A DNA stretch of 64,000 nucleotides. Origin: Camelus dromedarius. Taxonomy: Eukaryota. Of the stretch, positions 52,836-64,000 are shown piece by piece (position 1 is the first letter of the stretch; each line of letters starts with the position of its first letter). The stretch lies in NCBI RefSeq assembly GCF_036321535.1, contig NC_087472.1, positions 99,574,001 to 99,638,000 on the forward strand, in the 5' to 3' direction. The notes under the pieces are model-generated. The model saw only the letters and a program-made list of their open reading frames with translations. It ran no database searches and had not been told where the DNA came from. The translations under genes were made by a program, and so were the position numbers.

Positions 52836-52841
52836 ATCTAA
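52836..52841 (+). CDS. EIF1AX: eIF1A exon 7 coding part (final Ile plus stop)
   Basis: tctttttccttccag|ATC TAA; completes a 435-nt CDS (144 aa) ending DIDDI. Confidence 0.93.
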   Translation: M

Positions 52842-55800
52842 ATCGAACTCAACCAAATTTTACATTCCAATTTCTCTGAGGATATCTGAATAATTTGGAT
52901 TTTGGCTGTGATCTGTTAAAGAAGATTAAAATTTCATTAGCATGAGTGCAATTTGTTAAAGCAAACTGATTTGTTTCTAAGGTATTTCTTTAAAAACTGG
53001 TAATGCTGAGTTCTCTTAAGTGAAATGTTAAACCCACTTTGTTCTTTTGATGAAATGGAGCTTATGGGTAAAAGACCACATCTACTATTTTAAAAAAGAG
53101 AAAAAAAATGCATTACTATTTCTCCCATTTTGACCACTTCCACTAAGTAAATGAATGTTTGGAATAAACCATTTGCCCTACACTCATGGATTATAATTAA
53201 GCCCTAGTGTGAATTTCTGTATATTCCAGTTACCTAGATGTTCCCTTGAGATTTTGATACAATTTAAGAGAGGCAGAAGTCTGCATTGGAAGTAAAAAAT
53301 GGTCTGTTTTTCATATTTAAGTAACATGTGGATATTTTTATACTAATTTTGATATCACGTACATTCTTTTCATGATCTTATTTTGCCACTGTAAACGTAT
53401 CAACTAAAAAAAGCGTTTCCAAAATGCAGTTTTATAACCTGAGTTTTAATAGCAATTTTGAATTTGTAAGATTAGTAGTTGCAGAAGTCAAACACTAGGT
53501 GGCACCCAGTAATCTTAACGTTGGAAATGCTGATATAGTTGTCTTTTTTTTTTTAACTAACTGTGCATAGGAAATTTCCCAAACAACAGATTATTTTGAT
53601 CATATGCATGTATGTAGAATATTTTTACAGAACAAAAAGATTAAGTTAAAAGTGTCATTTTATTTTCAGAAGTCATATACATGTAAGCTACAATTTTGAG
53701 TGCTTTATAGACACTTAAATTATGTGTAAATGAAAATTTAATTTCATAACAGCTTGTACAAATTAAACCTTCTTCAAAGTATCCCTAAGCTGGGGGAAGA
53801 GGAGGAAATAACAACTTAATGAAAAGATGGTCTCCAATTTGTGAATGGAAGAACTGCATACAGCAGAGAAATATAATAAAGACATAGTGATGCTGCAGAG
53901 TATATTATACCCTTACTTTGTGTTTAGGATGTATTTTATCGTGTGTACAGATTGTTTTGCTTATATTTTATTGGGAATTTAGATTTACCCTTTCTTACTT
54001 AGTTTTTCATTATCAACTCTAGTAAGGTGAAATTAGGGACTGGACTAGTTAGACCTCACTAGCCATATTGAAATCATAAAATGTAAAAGAAGAGATCCTT
54101 CGTGTAGTATGTAAAGCTTTTATTCTACTGGTCTCCAGAGAACTTTTCAGTGTTGAAAAATAATAAAAAGAGGAGTAAACCTTCACGTGGCTTCAGAATA
54201 TAAGCGTATCTTCTCTGATCCCACGCTTAGTATAATTTCCTTTCCTAAATGTGCAGACTCCTGAATAAAAATCTGAGGTACTATAAAACATTCTTAAAGA
54301 CTAGAAATTAAGAGTGGACAGTTGCAGTTCATGTTTCTTATTATCTGGCGTTCCTGAACGCTTAACCTAGGTGGGGTGCATCTGAGACCATGGGCTGGTT
54401 TTTAATACCTGTAAAGAACCAACCTTGAAGAATTGATGTAGTGATTGTTTTCATCAGTAATCTAAACCACCTGAGATATTTAGGCTTCTGTACACTTAGG
54501 CTTCAAAATACTTTTGCAAAATTTGTGGTATATGTACATCTTTCCTCCACATTATTTTACCAAGAATGTTTTGACTGCATCTGATACAGTTCATGGTAGG
54601 GATGGTGCAACTCAGACATTAGGTTTTCTGCTGACTTCCTCTAACAAATATGATTTGTCTAAAGATTCTTTAAGAACTGCAACTATGACCCCAATTTATG
54701 TGTTTGCCAGTTTTGGGGTGGGGGGGTTGGTTTGTGTGGTTTTTTTGTTTTTTGTTTTTTGTTTTTTTCTTCCTTGCCTAGGTAGTAACAGCCCAATCTG
54801 GTGCTGTTGTACCCTGGAAAATCTCAAATCATAATGATTAAAGTAGTTGGAATAAACTTACAGCTCATATGCAACACTACTTGGAGGAATTATTTTACTA
54901 ACTTATCTTTAATGTGGAAATTATATAGTTCCATTGATTTTATTATATTTCAAATGAATGGAAGTGGTCCTTGAAAAAATTTTTTGTTATTGTTATACTT
55001 TTTGGTTCCTATAATACAGTGCTATACAGTGTGCCCTGAAAAGAAAATAAAATGTTTGAAATCCAGAAATGATGATTCTTACTGCTGAGAGGGTGTAATA
55101 GTTATTACTAATGAGTTTGATGGACTTGCATTTTTTGTGCAGTTTATTCCACTTCCAGTTTGCGTGTAAATACGTTGTATTACTAAGGTGGCTAAATAAC
55201 CAAACCAAGTGTTTGTGTAAAAAGACTTGCCAAGATTGAGTTGTTTGTTGAATCTTTCTTGAATATCCAGCCTCTTAAAGAGACCACCTCTTAAGGAGCC
55301 TAAAAACTGCACAATGAAAATTCTTGTATTTTATTAAGGAGTGGCCATTGGTTTTCTCACCACATCTATGGAATTTGGCTGTAAAAACTCCTTGTGACTT
55401 GTAGTTTAACTTAATCTCATCTCTCTTGTGTAAATACTAAAGTGTAGGATGCTGCATAACATCTTTTAATAGGTATAAACTGCTGTCAGTATTGACCTCA
55501 GTGCAGATAGGTAAAAAGCATGTTTCAGATCAAATACCTAGCTGGATTTATACTTTATTTGTATTGTGTACAGATTTAACAACATCCAGTATTAACTGGC
55601 TTGACAGTGAAACTATCAGAAGGAAGGTTAAGTTTTTTATGTTACCTGACACAAAGATTTAAAAGATTTCTATTGTTATGAGATGTTTAGATCTCTATCC
55701 TGCTTAGTAAAGGGAAGTTTCGTTTATACTCTTTGGACTCCCATGAACTTTTACATACCACTTGGTGTTTTTTTCAATTTACCTTAAACTACCATCCTTT

Positions 55801-56640
55801 TTATCCTTGCTTCTTCCTACTCAGAAAAGAACAGAATCTGAATTAAGTCTTACTGTAAGTGTGATGACACTAGCCTCTGAGGTACGGAGCAAGCTGAGGG
55901 GTTGGGAGAGCATACTGGACTATGTCTTCTCTCCCCCAGCCGCCTAGTGCTTAGGAGGCAGCGTGATGGAGAGGGAAGAGCGTGGCCCTGGGTCAGGCAG
56001 TCTGTGCCCCTGCCCTCACTCTGCCCCTTACCTGCAGGTGATCATGGGCACCTTCTCCAACTTGTCTGAGCTTTAGGCTCCTCACCTATAAAATGGAGAT
56101 GGTAAGAATAGTACCTGCAGAATCAGAATTGGTGGGAGGATTAGTAATGTATGTGTTCATACGTGTAGTGCGCTTAGAACAGTCTGCCGCTATTCACTTG
56201 ATATTCAGGACTGTGTAAGATAGAATATGCACATCTTTTATATTCTCTACTTACCATTTCTTTTACTTTCAGTCTTTGGTTCGTATAGTAAAAGAAACAT
56301 GTAGAATATATATTTGTATATTCGCGTCGACACAGTATTTAAAATAATTGCTACCACCCTCATCTAATTCAGCATAAGACTAACAGATGCAGGTCTCTAA
56401 ATTGCTTAAAGATATTTTGCAAAATACCAACTTGCTCTGTATTTCTTTAGAGAAGTTTATAGTTACTGACATTGATAGCTCTAGTCATATTCCATTCTTA
56501 AGCCTTTAATGAGTCCTTTTACTGTAGATTCATAACAGCTGCTTAGTACTGAGGTTTCCTGTCTCATTTGGAATTATGTAAAGAAGTCAGATGCAAACTA
56601 TTGCAATTAGAAAATAAAATAAAATAACTTTCAACAGTGT
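52842..56640 (+). other. EIF1AX: EIF1AX 3'UTR with several candidate poly(A) signals (end approximate)
   Basis: AATAAA at 53163, 54162, 54264, 54851, 55046 and overlapping pair at 56613/56618 followed by GT/T-rich sequence. Confidence 0.65.
55955..56190 (+). mobile_element. MIR SINE within the distal EIF1AX 3'UTR
   Basis: ctctgccccttacctgcaggtgatcatgggca...ctgagctttaggctcctcacctataaaatggagatggtaa core. Confidence 0.7.
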
Positions 56641-57289
56641 ATGCAGTTGATTCTTTTCAAACTGACAATTCTAACTAAATTTTTGTTCATGATAATTCTT
56701 TTCTGAAAACTTGATTTTTAAAAAAATTATATGAAGGAAATGTATACTATGTCTGTTTTTTATTTTTATGTTTTTTGTTGTTTGATTTGAATGAATCCAT
56801 TTGGTCAGACTCCAGATAACAGGGTTGCATTTTCTGGGCAAGTGAATTTGTTACAAACCTGTGCAAAAGACAACATTTTCTAATGGTAAATCAGTTGCCC
56901 AGAATGATCTCAAATTGCCAGAATCTCATTCAGTGGACCTTATCTTATACTGTGCAAGGACATGGGTAAAGTAGATACTTATCCTCTGGTCAATTTGCTC
57001 ACTTTTAAAAGGCCAGTCTTTCCTGTTCCAATCCAGGCTTTGTTCAGTTCACAACCTGATAACGGCAGATCAATACATGGGGACAAAACCTGAGTAAAGT
57101 CTCATTGCTGATTTGATCCACTGGACTGTCAGGTATAGAATTATTTGGATTTTTGCAAATTTGATAAAAGTTCAATACGTATTTATGATTTTAAATATCT
57201 TAGAAATCTAAGAATAATTGGGATTTTCCCAACTTGATAGTTTTATCTGCCAAAAGCAAACAAAGAAACTCAAGTTTCTTTTAAACAGC

Positions 57290-58360
57290 AAATTTGATTT
57301 AAGAATGTCCTGACAAGCAGTTAAAAAAAATTAATCTTATTAAATCCAACTCGAGTACACATCTTTTTAATATTTCATATAACAAAGTAGAAGTGCTACA
57401 TAAAGCACTCCTCCATGCTGTGAAGAACCACGGTTATTGCAGGGAGAAACACTCATGTGATTATTTGAGTTGCAAACTGGCAATCATTTTTCATGGAATA
57501 CCATTTTTACTTGAAGGAACAACTGACAAACTGGCTATTCAAACTGGGGTTTGTGGTCAACATTTTCTCAAAAATGAATAAAATGAGCCTGTCCGTTCAA
57601 GGCAAACAACTGACAGTGTTTGCTGGAGGTGATAAAATTTGAACTTACAAGTGAAAATAAAGAGTTTTGGAAAACTTACTGCCTCTATTAGCTTGACAGC
57701 TTAGCAGTAAAGACTTCTGAAGAGATCCGTGATGGCAGTAATGAGTGTGACTTTTTAATACTGTAGAATGAAATGTGTTGACATTTGGAAGATCTTTGTC
57801 GCTGAGTCAACCAGTATTTTCTAAATGATCAGTGGGTTTTAATGTACTAGTATGAAAAGATCACTGATTCAGTGTTAGATTGCACATTGCAACTGACCTT
57901 TAAGAAATTACCATTTGTCAGATTGGGTGTAGTTATCAAAGAACATACATAGTACCTGAAAAGGCTATGACAGTATTTCTTCCTTTTCCAGCTACATACC
58001 CCCGAGGTCATATTTTCTTCGTGTGCTTTAACCAAAACATGGCAACACGTTGAATACAAAAGCAGACATGAGACTCTTTCTATTAAACCAGGCAGTAAAG
58101 AGATTTGCAAAAATGTGAAACAGTGCCACTCTTCTCAAACTTGGGGGGTTTTGTTACTTTTCATTGAATGTGAGTTATTTATGTTTTATTAAATTAACAA
58201 ATTTTGTTTTAATTCTAATACATCAATATTCATAGATAAAACTCACAGGTGAGTTCGTCTTCTCAAGATAAACTAACAGTATTTGTTGCCATTACCTGTG
58301 TGCTTTCAACTAAAAATTAAGTTTTGGAAAACTTAACATCCACCACCGTTAGGAGTTACC
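57290..58360 (+). mobile_element. Charlie1-like hAT transposon internal fragments
   Basis: cattttctcaaaaatgaataaaatgagcctgtccgttcaaggcaaacaactgacagt...ttgcacattgcaactgacctttaagaaattacca. Confidence 0.7.
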
Positions 58361-58395
58361 AAAGTTCTTTGGGAGTCTCAGTTTTAGGTGTAAGT

Positions 58396-58612
58396 AGAGT
58401 TTGGTGAACTTTTACTAAAGGACCAGATAGTAAATATTTTAAGCTTTGTAAGCCATGTGGTCTCTTAAAACTACTCAACTCTGCCATTGTAGCACAAAAG
58501 CAGCCAAAGACAACATGTAAACAAGTGAGTGTGGCTATATTCCAGTAAAACTTTATTAGAAATAGTTGGTGGGCCACATTTGACCCATGAGCTGTAGTTT
58601 GCCAACCCCTTG
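58396..58612 (+). mobile_element. MER58A-like element
   Basis: taaaggaccagatagtaaatatttt...ctctgccattgtagcacaaaagcagcc...gtagtttgccaacccc. Confidence 0.82.
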
Positions 58613-58769
58613 CTGCAAAGGGGCTCTGAGACAAAATTTGAGAATTGCTCCACTAGAGTAACAACTACGATGGTATAACAGATTTTAAGACGCCATTCAA
58701 CTAACGACTTTTAGGAAGTTACGTAATGGAAAAAGCCCAGCAAGCTAATGTCATTTTTTAAAAAAACAA

Positions 58770-60170
58770 ATGCCTTAAATAGAAAGACATTGTGCTCATA
58801 AATAGTGTATCATTAAAATAGTAATTTTCCCCCAAATTAATCTCTGAATTCAATATAATTCCAATTAATTTTCCAGCAGTATTGGGGAGGTGGGTAGGAA
58901 AACTGATTCTAAATAAGTTCATATGGAAATGATGAATTTCTAAGGCAGTTCTTAAAAAGCAAAGAACTCTCCATGAGATGTTCACACCATAAGCCATAGT
59001 AATAAATAGTAGGTGCAGTAACAGACAGAAAGATCAGAATAAAGAGCTCAGAATCAAGCCCCTGTACAGATGGGAATTTGATATATGGTAAGTGTTTCAA
59101 AATCATTGGAGAAAGGATAGATTATTTAATACATGGTGCTGGGCAAACTATTACACTTTACAGAGAAAAGTAAGTATGGAGGCCTATCACACTATATACA
59201 GAAAATAAATTGCCTAAGAGTAAAGGTAAATCTATAAACTAATGGAGGAAAATATAGACCATCTTGTGACTAGGGAAGTATGTATTAAACAGGACCTCTT
59301 TGATCCTTGTTATTTCCTTCTAACTATAATTTGAGTTGATCCCTTAACCCCTTGGCTTCCATCTCCACCAAGATTGACGGACTGCAATAAACATCCTATA
59401 ATTTGACCTTTTATATCTGTATCTAAAAACAAAAAAAACCAAGACCTCTTAAAGCACAAACCATAAGCATAAGGTGAAAATTGATAGATACTATTTTGTA
59501 AGCATAGGAGAGTGGATCAAACAAGAACTATCAATGGATGCTAAACCTAGGGAGAAGTTTTGACGAGTAGGATATTTGCATGGCCTTAAAAATGCTTCCC
59601 CACAGATTGCTTATAAATTGCAAGAGAAAAGTAGTATCCCTACAGTGGAGAAGCTGGCGGCCAATTAGGTAAAATTATTGTATCCATGTTATATTTACTG
59701 AAGTTGATAAGTAGTGTGTGTAAGAATATCTTTAGGAAATACATGTCGAAGTATTTAGGTGTAAAGGGCCGTGTATATGTATGCAACTTACTCGCAAAGC
59801 GACTGAGGATAAAATAAATATATAAAGATAGGTTTACAAATGATAAATGAGGTAAAATGTTAATGATAGGTAAATCTGGGTAAAGGGTGTATGAGTGTTC
59901 TTTGTAAGTTCCTATTTGTGCAACTTTTCTATAAATTTGAGATTATTGCCATAGAAGCTTTTCAAATTGATTGAAAAATTAAAGTTTTGCTAATCTGAGA
60001 GAAGGTTAGTTGACTAGTGTGAAATATTTGCAACATTTAAACCCACAAGGATTATCTAGAATACAAGAAACTCCTGGAAATCAACAAGAAAAAGACAAGT
60101 AGCCCAGTAGAAAGATGGACAAGGATTGGACAGGTAATTTACAGATAAGTAAACCAGAATGAATGGTTAA
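58770..60170 (+). mobile_element. Old L1M fragments (ORF2 and 3' end)
   Basis: aactgattctaaataagttcatatggaaat; atggtgctgggcaaact; aagaaactcctggaaatcaacaagaaaaagaca. Confidence 0.7.
59301..59436 (+). pseudogene. Short retrocopy of an unidentified polyadenylated RNA 3' end
   Basis: AATAAA at 59386, A-rich tail from 59425, imperfect 14-bp TSD; interrupts an L1 sequence. Confidence 0.55.
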
Positions 60171-61349
60171 TCTATTTCTGATAGATTTGTATACGGTTGC
60201 AATGGATAGATGTCAACAATTCCAAGCAAGGAAAAACAGAATGATAGCTCTTGTGTTTTATCATTTATATAAATTTAAACCATGCATATTTTCACACTAT
60301 ATATTTGAAAGTAAAACTGCAAAAATAAACAGAGGAGGTGTCTATGATTAGACAGAGGAATGAAAGTGGGAATAGAAAGTAAGAAAAAATAGAATAAGAC
60401 TAGAGAGGGGTGCTATTCTGACAAGTCAGCAAGACATGAGCTCTAGAGTTGGGTGAGTTATAAGGTTTGTAAGAAAAAAATAAAAGTGAAAACACCTCCC
60501 GTGCCCTAATTAACTTGTCTCAATCTTACTGGGTTAGAAACAGTTTTCATTACAGCCAAGGGACCAGCCCCGACTTGCCCACTTTCCTTCCCATTTGTGC
60601 CTAAACTCCCCTTCTGGCTTTCTCACCATAGTTGCATCCTACTACCGGCACACCTTTGGGAGTGTCAGGAACACATTCATCACATTTTTGTGCCACAAAG
60701 GGACTCTTTCCAAGCTTTTCACTAAGACCCGGTTGTCAGTTACCGAGGGTTTCAACTTTTAAAAATTGTATAATTTACGTACCGTAAAGTTCACCCGTTT
60801 GAAATGTACAATTCAGTGGTTTTTAGTATACTTAAATAAGTGTCAACCATCACCATAATGTAATTCTAGAACATTTTCATCATTGCCCCAAAAGAAACCT
60901 TGTACTGTTACTCAGCTTCATTTGGCTCTTTACTCATCCATTTCCCTCTCCCCCTGGGGTGATAGTTAAAATCTGGGGGCTGGTCACCGTCCAAGAGAGA
61001 AAGGTGCAGCCTGGGGCTCCACTGGGCTAGGTTATCACTTGGCAGCTATACCTGGGTAAACACCTGGAGGCTTGAGCTGGCTATGCAAAGATGTCTTTTT
61101 CAGTATCTATGCTTTTGAAAAGGAGACAAAAGCTCTTGGCTGGGGTAAAAGGATGTCCAAGGGAAAGAACCACCCCCACCCCAACCACCTCCCCACACAC
61201 CCTTCCTGGACCCTTATTCCCAAGGTTACATGGTTAGCATTGTCTCGTTTGTCTTCCCAGAGAGATCCTCCTCAGAGATTTCTCAAGCGTTCATTTGCGC
61301 CCCAGGAGAAAAGGAACCATTGAGTAGTTCTCAGGTGGAATCAGCCAGG

Positions 61350-63100
<1,751 letters not shown>

Positions 63101-64000
63101 GGTCTCGCATCTTCCATCGCTCTGTAAAGTGGTTGCAGGTAGTGCGGGGGTGTAAGCAACGTGGAAACCGATTTCATGTTTTCCTGGCAATTTTTTTTTT
63201 AAGTTCATGTGAGCTATTTTTAAAACGTTTTTTTTTACTGCAGTATAACACGCATATCACAAAAGCGCACAGATCTTAAGTATACGATTTGAAGAATTAG
63301 CACATAGTGAGGATCTGCGTGTTTTATATAAGGTGCACCAAGGAAGGGAAGGAAATCAAGGGAAATGTTCTTTAATCACTTAAAACATGCTTTTTAAGAG
63401 CGAGGGTGGTATTGTCTATTGGGCCTTCGTTCGCATCATTCAAAGGAGGAGGAGGTGACTTCAGTCCTTCCCAGTTCGCGTTTTACGTCATGCATTGTTT
63501 TTAAAAGCAGAATTTAACATATCACAGGTTCGTGATATAAATACTATAAATATGCTCTTCTGCTTTCATCCTTTTTGCTTGAGAAACTCGACTGCGCTTG
63601 CTAGGGAAGAATCCAAAACCTGTCCATCAGAACCAGCATTGGGGGAGGGGGACCAGGTAGAATAAAACATTGGATATGGGAGGTTGTTGAAGTTAACATT
63701 TTTATTTGGTCAGGAGTTTAATAAGTTATTTAGATGTTTTAGAGGCAGGGAGGCGCTATCTGGTTGAGCCTGTGATTTAGCTGTGGTATTTCAATATATT
63801 TGAAGGAACTTAATAACTCTGCATTCTTATTAAGTTCTAGTTGGAAACTTTATTGTAGATAAATAGCTTAAAGTTATTTTCTTTCATTTGAAATTAGAAA
63901 TACAGAAAAGCATGTTGTGTGAAGATTTAAAACATTTAATAAAGTTCTACGTGCATTAGGGTTGGTGAGGAAAAATTGGAACATTCAATTTAGGTGCCAG

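Overview
This is mammalian X-linked DNA with the gene order of human Xp22.12, all on the + strand. It holds the last 12 exons of RPS6KA3/RSK2 (human exons 11-22) with a ~5.3 kb 3'UTR, the complete 7-exon EIF1AX gene (144 aa), and the CpG island and first coding exon of MAP7D2. I checked every exon boundary by hand for AG/GT and phase. Two tRNA-derived SINEs resembling the camelid Vic-1 family, with no Alu, B1 or Bov-A/BovB seen, suggest a camelid genome (inference). The rest is mostly L1, L2, MIR, MaLR and hAT-Charlie relics plus microsatellites; repeat names are from recalled consensus sequences, not a search. Most ORF-track entries are spurious. I found no convincing new multi-gene system. 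The most unusual local signals are: a 21-bp GC-box/G4 tandem array in the EIF1AX promoter; a ~49-bp degenerate minisatellite upstream of MAP7D2; an inverted SINE pair in EIF1AX intron 5; a perfect 52-bp palindrome beside an RSK2 donor; an orphan polyadenylated retrocopy; a poly(A)-only insertion scar; and a micro-inversion in an LTR end.
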